DNA from: a virus
Length of the DNA: 64,000 nt
Direction: 5' to 3' (one strand)
Virus record (IMG/VR): IMGVR_UViG_3300033145_001598
Coordinates: 11,595 to 75,594 of that record
The translations under genes were made by a program, and so were the position numbers. Shown here in pieces: positions 39,089 to 48,664 of the stretch. The first letter of the stretch is position 1. The number at the start of each line of letters is the position of its first letter. The notes beneath the pieces were generated by a model, which worked only from the letters and a program-made list of their open reading frames with translations, was not told the origin of the DNA and did not search any database.

Positions 39089-39867
39089 CCTGCGGCTCTT
39101 TTATGTCCGCCCCCGCCCTGGGTCCTAGCAATCTCTGATACATCAAAATCGTCCCGTCTGGATCTGGCTGAAAAGATTAGCCTTTCTCCATTGTGAAAAT
39201 AGGTTATGCCGTAGGGTCCCCTATTTGCAAGAATCTCACCTATTTCACTCTGTAAGATAGGAGAGTTCACTGCCAAGACTCTTTCTTTCTGTCCTTCTAT
39301 AGTAACAAGTCGAGCCCTATTTGCTAGGCTTTCAGCGAGTCGTGTTTCGTATCGATGAATAGCAGTGCCTTCCATTACAACCAAACCAAAGTTTTCTTCT
39401 ATCATTTTATTGAGATGGTTCCAGGAAGCAATTGTTCTTGAAAAACTTCTCATGTAAGCAGAAACTTCTTTAGAGTTATTCAAACCAAACTGCCATAAGT
39501 CTCGGTCCTGAACATACTTAACAAGCTGCGGTGCCTCTTCTCCAGATGAAAAGAAGTCCCAGGCCATCATTGCACCTGATCTATTCATATCAAACTCGCA
39601 GAAGTCTAGTCCTTTAAGGTTTTCCTCCGCAGTTTTGTGGTGGTCCAAGACAATAATGGATTTAGCATGTAACTGCATATCCAACAGTATGTCCTTAGGG
39701 TACGAGAAATCAAAAATGTATACTTCTCTTCCTGTAACATCAGGTGGATCATCTCCGTATTGAGCTGGATGAAATTCTATATTTTCTCTTTCGAGATGCA
39801 ACCAGGCTAGCCAAGCTGCAGTAAACCCATCGTCACAATTAGTATGATAAATAATTAATGGTCCCAT
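39040..39867 (-). CDS. DHH/DHHA1 family phosphoesterase
   Basis: YH.NCDDG, DFS, LDHHKT, QDRDLW, S.RS, GGGGHKRAAG. Confidence 0.92.
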   Translation of the reverse strand: MGPLIIYHTNCDDGFTAAWLAWLHLERENIEFHPAQYGDDPPDVTGREVYIFDFSYPKDILLDMQLHAKSIIVLDHHKTAEENLKGLDFCEFDMNRSGAMMAWDFFSSGEEAPQLVKYVQDRDLWQFGLNNSKEVSAYMRSFSRTIASWNHLNKMIEENFGLVVMEGTAIHRYETRLAESLANRARLVTIEGQKERVLAVNSPILQSEIGEILANRGPYGITYFHNGERLIFSARSRRDDFDVSEIARTQGGGGHKRAAGWRGERLDIFTRGLTF

Positions 39868-39874
39868 GATTATC

Positions 39875-40246
39875 CTAATATAAGAGGAACTGTCTTAGGT
39901 AACATTTATACTGTGAAGGAAAGCTCCCACCCTTCTGCAGCATTAAGCTAACATGTCCGTCTGAACCAGCAGGAACTACAAGGTCTTTATAGACATAGCC
40001 TAGCATTTCGTTATCTGCATGATGGCAGATAACTTTGAAGTGTTCTGTTGCATTGTTTGGATTACTAACAGCAAAGAAGATAATTGGCGTACCTGATTGC
40101 CAATTGTTATTTTTCCATTCTGCTCCAATTCGGCCCATACCCTCATAGTGAAGGGTAGGTTCTTTTACTTTTGTGTAAAAGCTAGTACTACATGCTGTAA
40201 GAGAAGTAAAGAGTAGTGAAAATATTACTATCAATAAGAATTTCAT
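39875..40246 (-). CDS. Putative lipoprotein
   Basis: Start taken at MKFLLIVIFSLLFTSLTAC (lipobox). Confidence 0.55.
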   Translation of the reverse strand: MKFLLIVIFSLLFTSLTACSTSFYTKVKEPTLHYEGMGRIGAEWKNNNWQSGTPIIFFAVSNPNNATEHFKVICHHADNEMLGYVYKDLVVPAGSDGHVSLMLQKGGSFPSQYKCYLRQFLLY

Positions 40247-41095
40247 GTATATTGCCTTTTTCTGATTCAAAAAGTAGAGAATTTGTTTTATCGAATAGTT
40301 CGTGCGGTTCTGTTGCATCCCATATTTCTCTAATCTACGTTTTCTGTAAAAATACTAGAGATTGGTGAATTTGTTTCGAATGACACATTGTATACCTCAC
40401 TATAGAGAGCTTGTCCACCACAAGAACATAGTAGTATACTAAAAAAGGCTAATAGTGTTAGTGCTTTGAGTATTTCCCGATAGATTCTGCCCACTTACTT
40501 GCCTCGCTTCTCTTTTCTTCGCCTACCTCTTTCGGTAGAAGGCAGAAGTTTACCATCTTCTCCCCTCTTCAGTCTATGGGCAGCTATGAAGCTTTCTGCT
40601 TCGTCTGTTGTAGTAATCTTCCCGCCAAACTTATGTCCATTGTTTCTTGAAAAGCCATGAATAACACAAAATTTATGACTGTTCTCATGTTGTTCACAGA
40701 TACATTTGTCTTCGCCTCTTGCTTTATTAACAATGTACAGCCAGTCTGAATTCTTAATTCCTATGCCCATTATTTCTCCTGGTTCTCTAATAGTTGTCAG
40801 GTTCTGCTGCTAATATATCTTTTAATATATCTTCTGCTAAACATTCTGCATGCAATAAACATAAATAGACTGTGCCACCTGCACCATCACTAATTTCAAG
40901 CTTGAAAGCTTTTGTTCCTTTTGGTAGAGTAGCCATTTCCATAGCATCTCTTCGTGAAGGATTGGTAGCCCATTCATCTTGTGCACAGTTACGACAGTAT
41001 GCACCATTACCTTTAACTTTCTGAACTATTCCTTGTACTCTCATTTTCTTCTCGCCAAACTCTAGTACCAATCCCTAGTTTACTCTGCCCATGGC

Positions 41096-41548
41096 TTATG
41101 ATTCACACCCAGGGCAGATTCTACATGTGATAGCTACTACGTTTAGTCTCTTTCCACAGGCAATACAGTTCCATCTGTCTGAATTGTAGTTAGCCAATTG
41201 CGCTTTGTTCTCTATAACAATGTTAAATACTTCTTCTACTAAAAAAGTTTGGGCTAGTATTACATTGGAAAACTTATTGAATTTGATAGCAATGGGTTTA
41301 GCATTGGTTCCGATCCAACTTTCATGCTCTATATATATAACCTTATAAATCCTTCCTCTTTCAGGAGTGCTTTCCTTTTTCGGGACTTTTGTAATTTTAA
41401 GTACACGCCAACATCCCGGAGTAATATCCGCTCTTTCTTCGATAGCTGCAATATAGTGTATGGTCTCTGGATCCATAACGATTAACATACCTACATGTAT
41501 GTCATCTACACATAGAGGGATTGAGCCAAGAAATGTTTGGGTGAGCAC
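41096..41548 (-). CDS. Hypothetical protein with C-terminal Zn ribbon
   Basis: CIAC...CPGC. Confidence 0.55.
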   Translation of the reverse strand: MLTQTFLGSIPLCVDDIHVGMLIVMDPETIHYIAAIEERADITPGCWRVLKITKVPKKESTPERGRIYKVIYIEHESWIGTNAKPIAIKFNKFSNVILAQTFLVEEVFNIVIENKAQLANYNSDRWNCIACGKRLNVVAITCRICPGCES

Positions 41549-42131
41549 TGGTCACATCAACCTCCACTTTTACAATCTTTTCTAACTTCAATTGTCTCAG
41601 GCTATATCTTTCTGTCCATACCTTGAGAGGGGAATTCTCTTTAGGAAAGACTAGTATCACATAGTTAGATCTGTTAATCATATGAGCATTTCTTATAGCA
41701 AACCACTGAACTCTATATGAATTTCCAGGATACTTTCTAAGTTTTGTTCCTTTTTTTAATTCTTTTTGTATCTCTACATATTCTTTGATTATTTGGTTTC
41801 TTAAAACATGTGTAATGTCGCTATTCCCTGGATCAGTAATTGCCACTGCATTATTAATATAATAACGACGTTTACTGTTCTGTTCTTCTTTGAGAGTATA
41901 TATCCGTGGGTAGGTAACTACATATGGAATATCTAGAGATTTACAAACAGCTGTAGACCATAGTCCCATGTCTTCAGACACTGAGGTAAGACAATAGGTA
42001 GGATTTATATCTAAAAGCTCGTTCATTACTGCTGATTTTACTTGCGCCTTAAATTGATTCATTTCTCCTGACCCAAATTGTCTAGGTCCATTACCTTGAA
42101 TGAAACCCGATACTATAGAGACTACTTTCAT
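41502..42131 (-). CDS. SLOG/YspA-like protein
   Basis: LW...C..LDIPY...YP, RNAHMINRS..VI.V. Confidence 0.45.
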   Translation of the reverse strand: MKVVSIVSGFIQGNGPRQFGSGEMNQFKAQVKSAVMNELLDINPTYCLTSVSEDMGLWSTAVCKSLDIPYVVTYPRIYTLKEEQNSKRRYYINNAVAITDPGNSDITHVLRNQIIKEYVEIQKELKKGTKLRKYPGNSYRVQWFAIRNAHMINRSNYVILVFPKENSPLKVWTERYSLRQLKLEKIVKVEVDVTSAHPNISWLNPSMCR

Positions 42132-42540
42132 AATAAGGCTAACTCGCCTTTCTTATCTTTCTTTTTATCTCTTCCAATCTGAAGATACTCATTTGAATGA
42201 AAATCAATGAAGCTATCTATTTGATTAGTTAGTTTCTTTCCCATCCACCAACCGATGGATAGCATTGCTCCAGTAAAGATCAATTTTCCAGCTGTAAGTG
42301 ATAAAGGGTCCATTGTCTACTCCGTTGGGTGTAAATGTCCATGACCCAGAAGTATACCAACTACATCCTCGGCCACCCTATTCTCTCCATTATTCTTCTT
42401 AAGCCAGACAAGTAAGGATTCTTTCTCTAGATCAGCTATGTCACAAGAGATACACTCTCCGTTTTCAACGAAGGCTCTGACATAAATACCTGTTTCTCCA
42501 TATTGTTTATATCTTCCTTGATCAACATATAAGAATTTCA

Positions 42541-43869
42541 TTATATTGCCTTGATGTTGAGAACAGGTTTTACTCTGTCAATTATCCTTGCTGTAGGATC
42601 GAGCGCTCTCTCAATAATATGACTTTCTTTGTAAGCATCAGGAGCTTCATCAAGAGTACTTTTCACTACTGAAGTAGAATAAATGTCTTTCATTTCTTGT
42701 TTAAATTTGTCAAGAGATAGTTCTTTTTTAGCTTGTGTTCTAGACATTACTCTACCAGCTCCATGAGGCGCTGAGTAGTTCCATTCACCATTGCTCCTGC
42801 CTTCACAAATAAGTAAGCCGTCTCTCATGTTAAATGGAATAATTATTTTTTCACCAGTATAACTGGCTACTGCTCCCTTACGGATGATAAGATCTCCAAA
42901 GTCTATAAGATTATGAACTGTTTCTATTTGTTCAAGAGTTTCTAAAGTATCCTTAAGGCCAAGGCATTTAATAATACGCCGGCCCATTTCTTTCCTATTT
43001 AAGTGAGCATACTCTTGAGCCATTGCCATATCAAACAAGTATCCAAAGGCATCGTCTCCTGTAAGGTATGCAAGCTCCTTAATATCTCCAGCTCCATCTA
43101 ATCCTAATTGTGTTCTAAGATTCTGGATTTTTCCTTCCCATAGTTTCCACTCTGGCTCTTCTTTCTTGAGTTTATCTACAAGGTCAGTAAAGACTCCTTC
43201 TCGAACGTCCTTAATTCTCAGAAGTGCTCTTTCCTGCCAGTAATTACACACTTTGAGACCAAAGTTTCTAGATCCTGAGTGTATGGTAAGCCAATAATCA
43301 CCAGTATTCTCTGATTTGCCTATTTCTATGAAATGGTTACCTCCACCAAGAGTACCAATACTATTGCAAGCTCTACTAAAATCTGCACCTGTATATCTAC
43401 AGATTTCCTGGAACCTATCATAGTCAAAAACAGGTAATTCTGAATTCACTCCTAGCCTATCCGAGGCCTTCTGTACGAGGTTTTTAGCTGCAGATGATGC
43501 TAGGACCCAATCGTGTCTAGAAACGTTGTATCTGGCTCTCTTGTGAGCTTTAAAGCCCATAGGTACAGTTGACCTGATGTTTTGGTCTATATCCCTGAGA
43601 GACATGGACGACAAGAGACTCTTGCCTAGGTTAATGGCTAGCATTCCACAGCCAATATCCACACCAATAACATTAGGAATGATTTTGTCGGTAAGAGGCA
43701 TTGTAAAACCAATTACACTACCTTTGCCAGCATGAGTATCTGGCATAATAGCCACTGGCTTAGTAAATGCAGGATGATTAATCATTTTGGTAATCTGGCT
43801 GACACATTCTGGTTCTACATCGTCAATCCAGATCTTAGCTGTAGTATATTTGCCTTCACATTCAAACAT
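42541..43869 (-). CDS. rtcB: RtcB RNA ligase
   Basis: MPDTHAG, GVDIGCG, GTLGGGNHFIE, HSGSR, HN, RKGA, IPFNM, SAPHGAGR, LDEAP.AYK. Confidence 0.97.
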   Translation of the reverse strand: MFECEGKYTTAKIWIDDVEPECVSQITKMINHPAFTKPVAIMPDTHAGKGSVIGFTMPLTDKIIPNVIGVDIGCGMLAINLGKSLLSSMSLRDIDQNIRSTVPMGFKAHKRARYNVSRHDWVLASSAAKNLVQKASDRLGVNSELPVFDYDRFQEICRYTGADFSRACNSIGTLGGGNHFIEIGKSENTGDYWLTIHSGSRNFGLKVCNYWQERALLRIKDVREGVFTDLVDKLKKEEPEWKLWEGKIQNLRTQLGLDGAGDIKELAYLTGDDAFGYLFDMAMAQEYAHLNRKEMGRRIIKCLGLKDTLETLEQIETVHNLIDFGDLIIRKGAVASYTGEKIIIPFNMRDGLLICEGRSNGEWNYSAPHGAGRVMSRTQAKKELSLDKFKQEMKDIYSTSVVKSTLDEAPDAYKESHIIERALDPTARIIDRVKPVLNIKAI

Positions 43870-44091
43870 GTTTTCTCTTTTCGTCAGATTCTATAAAAGC
43901 TCGGTCAAACTCTTCCATTGCTTGACCAAGAGTTTTATTGCCACAACCTACATATTGTTCTCCATCTTTCCACCAAGCAAATAATCGAAGAGCTGAAATA
44001 TAACCATGATGAAAACCAACCGCTTGAGCTTGTTTTATTAGTTTTTTCATATCTTCTTCATTAACCATAAAGTTTAAACCTTATTTTTTTA

Positions 44092-44538
44092 TTAAAAACG
44101 AAATTCTACTTGACCTGTTGCTGTGATAATGTTTTCTAGATCATCTAAAGAGTTGAAATGTTTAAACTCTGGTTGACCGTCTTCATCACCATTATCTTCG
44201 TCTACAATATCGTCCCAGGATACATTCCAGTCTATATTGTAGAATCCATGGTTATTACACGTTCTAACACATATACCTCTGCTATCTTTCCAGATATATG
44301 TCTCATAATTACATGTCCAGTCAACATATAAAGGCTTATTAAAACTACGATGAGTTTCTAACCATACTAAAGCTTTACTATTTCTATTAATAGCAAAGTC
44401 TTCACCATATTCTAATCTTTCTGTTTCTATTACCTCTAGCATTTTTTTTGCTACTTGAGCAGTAGTAGTATAATCGTTATCTCTAACTATAAATGCAGAA
44501 GAACTACTGTTGCTTACAAATCCTGTTCTAATCTTCAA
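44092..44538 (-). CDS. MKxRxGFVxNSSSS-family protein, copy 3
   Basis: N-terminus MKIRTGFVSNSSSSAF (TTG start). Confidence 0.8.
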   Translation of the reverse strand: MKIRTGFVSNSSSSAFIVRDNDYTTTAQVAKKMLEVIETERLEYGEDFAINRNSKALVWLETHRSFNKPLYVDWTCNYETYIWKDSRGICVRTCNNHGFYNIDWNVSWDDIVDEDNGDEDGQPEFKHFNSLDDLENIITATGQVEFRF

Positions 44539-44692
44539 ACCTAAACTCCAATTGCTTCTTTAGATATACTATTACATCGTCTTCTTCTTCGTCTGGAAAT
44601 TCAGCACTCAAATTTTCTTCTAAATAATCATCATTTGCATACATATAGTCTGAACTACTTGAGTTTGCTACAAATCCTAGTCGAAGTTTCAT
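44528..44692 (-). CDS. MKxRxGFVxNSSSS-family peptide, copy 2 (54 aa)
   Basis: MKLRLGFVANSSSSDY; ATG overlaps the upstream TAA (TAATG at 44692). Confidence 0.75.
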   Translation of the reverse strand: MKLRLGFVANSSSSDYMYANDDYLEENLSAEFPDEEEDDVIVYLKKQLEFRFED

Positions 44693-44976
44693 TACCAGTG
44701 TCCATGAATCCAATTTATTTTATTGTCTGGTATACCTATTTTTTGTAGGTACTCTTCCATGTCAAAATTATTCATAGAAGTGTTACCACTGATGATTTCT
44801 GCTCTTTCATCTACAATGATCTCCCAAGCATCAGTATCTCCATATTCAATATCTATTTGTTTACCTAGTTCTGAATGACAGACTATTGTGAGGATTTGTT
44901 TAGCAGATAAATCTGAGAGTTTTATCGTGAATGAAGAGGAGCTGGAATTTGATACGAAGCCAATTCTAAATTTCAT
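44692..44976 (-). CDS. MKxRxGFVxNSSSS-family protein, copy 1
   Basis: MKFRIGFVSNSSSSSF. Confidence 0.8.
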   Translation of the reverse strand: MKFRIGFVSNSSSSSFTIKLSDLSAKQILTIVCHSELGKQIDIEYGDTDAWEIIVDERAEIISGNTSMNNFDMEEYLQKIGIPDNKINWIHGHW

Positions 44977-44985
44977 TAATAATAT

Positions 44986-45933
44986 TCATGTCATCTCTAG
45001 GTCAAAGACCGGACATTTTCTTTCGTTTGCCATTAATTTATTTCTAAAAGATTCAGCTTGGGGACTTTCCCATACATCTCTCAAAAAATTTTCTGTATTT
45101 TGTATTTTAATAGGGTTATGTCCTGGCTCTTCATCACAAAAACTACAAGGAAACACTTCTCCATTTACATTTATGTAGAGACTGAAGCAGTATGACTCAC
45201 AAGGCTCACAGATCATTTCTAAGAGCTTTTTATCTGGATTATCCTGTATAACCTTAAGGAATGAAGGCGCGCTACAGCTATCGAATCCAATTGGTACATC
45301 CATTGTCATTGCTCTAGTAATGAGATTTTTATACATATCTAGATTTCTTAACTGAGTTGTTCTATTTCTACTTCCTTTTGGTTTCATTAATAGAAAGACA
45401 ATTGCATTTAGTCTTTCTAATTCTTCTTCAATTCTTACCTGGTTGATTAAATTAATACATTCATTGTATGTTTCCATACATAATACTTTGTGAATGTTAA
45501 CTTGTTTTAATCCAGCCCGCCCGAGTCTATCCACACTAGAAAAGCAGTCACTATCGTTATAGTGACTAACTGCCACTGCACCGCATATAGTGCTAAGCCT
45601 AGAGACATGTTCATCGGAAATATCCTTTCCGTTCACTGTAATGTTAGGAACTACTTCATTATGTGGATTATCTCTGCAATACTCCATTATCTTCCATAGA
45701 TCAGGATTTGCGTCTATGGATCCTATGCCGAATGCCACCTGAGTGAGATTTTTAGGAATTCTCTGGAAAATGTCCTTAAAAGTGTTAAGTGACATATTTT
45801 TACCTTTTGAGGTATTCGATTTGTAACAATTATGTACTAATAAGCTATTAGCAAAATAGCTATGGTCTGGTGTAGTTCCAATATTATATACTTGTCCAGA
45901 GTAGTCTTCTCTTGTAATATTCCTTATCTTCAT
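44986..45933 (-). CDS. C-half of split radical SAM/SPASM protein: 35-aa C-intein plus 280-aa C-extein
   Basis: VYNI....HSYFAN.LLVHN|CYKSN; PNITVNG; CES...LYINVNGEVFPCSFC...CP. Confidence 0.92.
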   Translation of the reverse strand: MKIRNITREDYSGQVYNIGTTPDHSYFANSLLVHNCYKSNTSKGKNMSLNTFKDIFQRIPKNLTQVAFGIGSIDANPDLWKIMEYCRDNPHNEVVPNITVNGKDISDEHVSRLSTICGAVAVSHYNDSDCFSSVDRLGRAGLKQVNIHKVLCMETYNECINLINQVRIEEELERLNAIVFLLMKPKGSRNRTTQLRNLDMYKNLITRAMTMDVPIGFDSCSAPSFLKVIQDNPDKKLLEMICEPCESYCFSLYINVNGEVFPCSFCDEEPGHNPIKIQNTENFLRDVWESPQAESFRNKLMANERKCPVFDLEMT

Positions 45934-46817
45934 TATCTTCTCCTGTTGTCTACTCGTTTATGACATGGCATACAATATGTAATTCCTCGAATCCTTCCTA
46001 AAAGGTGAAGTTTTTCTATTTTTAGAGATACTTCTTCAAATTCCTCGAGACTTAAGTCTTCTAGAGATTTGTTCCATAATTCTTTCTTTAAAATATCTCT
46101 GAAACTATCAATATGATGGACTTCTAGCTGAGTACTTGTTTTATTACATCTACAGCAAGTGAACTGATCTCTTTCGAGGATTGGAAGTATCCATATTTTA
46201 TATAATCGTGATCTTATTGTCTGTGCTCGGTTACGGTTACCTTTCCATAGACTATGTTTATTTCCTCTTTTATATTGATAAGATCTCTTTGCTCGAGTTT
46301 CTTTTGCTTTTTGTTTGACCTTTGGATCATACATTGGATTATTGACCCTCATTTGTCTTTTTTGTTTCTCTTTCCTTTTATTGTTTTCCTCTTCTGAATA
46401 GATTTTCTTCCGTCCATATTTTTGAATGGACGGATTGTTATCTGAGGACATCCGTTTTTTAGTAGAGATTAAGCTTTTTTCCTTACATTTATTACACATA
46501 GCTCTACTATATGTTTTTGTTTTATGAAAGGTTTTTACTATGTATGAATTAGTAATATTAATTTTACAACGAGGGCAATATGTTCTCTTAATCTTAGTAG
46601 ACTTTATTCGTCTTTTAGATCGGCATTTATCACATTGTTTTTGTTTATACTTCCCTTGGAAGGATTCTCTGCAAATCTCGCAAATTTTATTGAAAGATCT
46701 ACTATGATAATTTAGCCTATCCTTTTCTCGAGTAAATTGTTTTTTACACTTACTACTACAATATTTGGAATCTTTACGTTTAGCTATAAACCTTCGTTTA
46801 CATATGTAACATATCAT
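45933..46817 (-). CDS. Free-standing HNH endonuclease with Zn fingers and NUMOD-like repeats between split-intein halves
   Basis: Several CxxC pairs, NNPS/NNPM, WKG, ERDQFTC..C....LEVHH, GITYCMPCH. Confidence 0.9.
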   Translation of the reverse strand: MICYICKRRFIAKRKDSKYCSSKCKKQFTREKDRLNYHSRSFNKICEICRESFQGKYKQKQCDKCRSKRRIKSTKIKRTYCPRCKINITNSYIVKTFHKTKTYSRAMCNKCKEKSLISTKKRMSSDNNPSIQKYGRKKIYSEEENNKRKEKQKRQMRVNNPMYDPKVKQKAKETRAKRSYQYKRGNKHSLWKGNRNRAQTIRSRLYKIWILPILERDQFTCCRCNKTSTQLEVHHIDSFRDILKKELWNKSLEDLSLEEFEEVSLKIEKLHLLGRIRGITYCMPCHKRVDNRRR

Positions 46818-46823
46818 ACAATT

Positions 46824-46852
46824 ATGATATAGAATTTTTGCTTATATGTAAA
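46824..46852 (-). promoter_or_regulatory. Sigma70-like promoter for a leaderless HNH + C-intein transcript
   Basis: TTTACA-17 nt-TATCAT, 6 nt to ATG. Confidence 0.65.
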
Positions 46853-46861
46853 CCAAAATGT

Positions 46862-47335
46862 TTAAAATCCTATGATTTCATCGTCTTCGGTGAGCTCATC
46901 TGCTCGAATCCATCCTTTTGATGTATATAATTTATGATTTGGTGTTAATCTAAGTGTCTCATTATCTGTTACAATCTTAATTAATTCACCTTCATATTCT
47001 CTGACAAAGGTCTGGTCAACTATTTGTTGAGTGCGAGACACTTTTCCATTTTTATGTATCTTTGCTCCATACACAGATTCACCTACCTTAATTTCTTGAA
47101 TTGATTTTTCTCCATCAGGAGTCAGAACCTTAGTGTCAGGGGGTACACAGAAACTACATCCTCCATCGCAGATTGTAGATATCTCAATATCCAGTATCTC
47201 TGGTCCGAACGGACTGTAAGTCGGATCGTCATCAAAGGTGTCACCCCAACGAGCGAAAAAGCCTGTGTCTTTGTTGAAGTCATAACTATACCCATTACTT
47301 CTTACCTTTTTCACTGGCCTTTTTTCTGTTTTCAT
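46862..47335 (-). CDS. N-half of split radical SAM protein: 62-aa N-extein plus 95-aa N-intein
   Basis: GPEILDIEISTICDGGCSF|CVPPDTKVLTPDG...LTPNH...GWIRADEL. Confidence 0.92.
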   Translation of the reverse strand: MKTEKRPVKKVRSNGYSYDFNKDTGFFARWGDTFDDDPTYSPFGPEILDIEISTICDGGCSFCVPPDTKVLTPDGEKSIQEIKVGESVYGAKIHKNGKVSRTQQIVDQTFVREYEGELIKIVTDNETLRLTPNHKLYTSKGWIRADELTEDDEIIGF

Positions 47336-47778
47336 GATATTTATAAATTTTCTTTACTTACCTGTTTGATACCTTGTTTTTCTTCTTCTTCTAATACTAT
47401 CCTTCTATTATTATACTTGGTAAGGTCATACTCTACTAATTGACCCTTTTCAAACTTAAAGAATTCTCTCTTACTATTATTCTTAAGCACTATTGTTTCT
47501 TTACGGATTCCCGCAGTAGATCTGTTTCTAGCAGAATCTAGTCTTTTAGTCTCATCGAACTTTCTCATTCTAATTATTCCTTATTATTCTTCCTTCCTCC
47601 TTTTGTCCTATGTTTAAGATAACTCTTTCTAAGTGATTCATAGTCAGGGTCTCTATTCCATAGAGCTGGGTGAATACCAATATGTCCAGGGCACTGCACC
47701 ATGTGCTCCCGTTCTTCTAGGACACCAGTTTCTTTATTAATTTCTTTGTACTTAATTTTAGCTGGATATTTACAAATA

Positions 47779-48447
47779 TTACATTGACGCATCTCTAATT
47801 CTCATTTCTTCTTCTATTTTTATCCACCACTTCCAAGATTGTCTAATCTCTTGTGGTAATTCACCTGTGCGCCTCAGGTATTCTCTTATCCAAGTTTTAG
47901 TTCCATCATTTGGGTATCCAGCACCATTCCAGAATGCTTCTCCCATGATATCTATGGTTTCTTTATCTCTGAGGAACTTAGCTATAATACTAGCTGCTCC
48001 TACAGTGATATATTTGCTATCTGCTTTATCTGTAGCAATTACTGGAATATCGTTTATTTCTGTTCCTAAAGACCCGAAAATATTTTCGCCATCTAGTACG
48101 AGAACATCTGGTTTAATTCTTTCTATAAGTTGTTGCATGACCCTTAGAGCAGTTTCTCTTTCAAGGTCATTTAAGTTTTTCTCATCTGAGCTCACGTACT
48201 CATCAACTCGTGATGCTGGTACCATCTCAAACGACCACCATGTTTTTAGGATAGGTATCATTTGATGTAGTTTGTCTCTTCTAGAGGCATACCTGCTCCG
48301 CTGGTCTCCTACAAAGGCTTTAGAGTCTCTGACTCCAATTCTTCGTAGTTCAAATCCTTTATCTGAATCTGCTACTACAGCAGCTAGGACTATAGGTCCT
48401 ATTACGCTACCTCGACCAGCTTCATCTACTCCTAGAATTTTAGTCAT
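47779..48447 (-). CDS. rnhB: Ribonuclease HII
   Basis: GVDEAGRG...GP, VRDSK, LDG, KAD...V.AASIIAK..RD, GYP. Confidence 0.92.
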   Translation of the reverse strand: MTKILGVDEAGRGSVIGPIVLAAVVADSDKGFELRRIGVRDSKAFVGDQRSRYASRRDKLHQMIPILKTWWSFEMVPASRVDEYVSSDEKNLNDLERETALRVMQQLIERIKPDVLVLDGENIFGSLGTEINDIPVIATDKADSKYITVGAASIIAKFLRDKETIDIMGEAFWNGAGYPNDGTKTWIREYLRRTGELPQEIRQSWKWWIKIEEEMRIRDASM

Positions 48448-48664
48448 TTAATTGAACTCACACCTTCTTAGTGAATGGCGCTTTCTTGTTCTGGATAAAT
48501 TCAACTGTGTTATATCCACATAACGAGCGCTTTGTTTCCAACCTATTTGAAAGTATTGATGTGCAGCATTTGTTGCTGATACTACTAGTATTTGTTTTAC
48601 TAGACTTCTAAGCCTACTTGGTGAAACGCTTTTTGATGCAGCTACGATCATCTCCGTAAAGTTA

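Noticed and set aside
45829-45933. C-intein start MKIRN as a fourth MKxRxGF family member
   Set aside because: Lacks GFVxNSSSS; a K-I start is typical of C-intein beta strands
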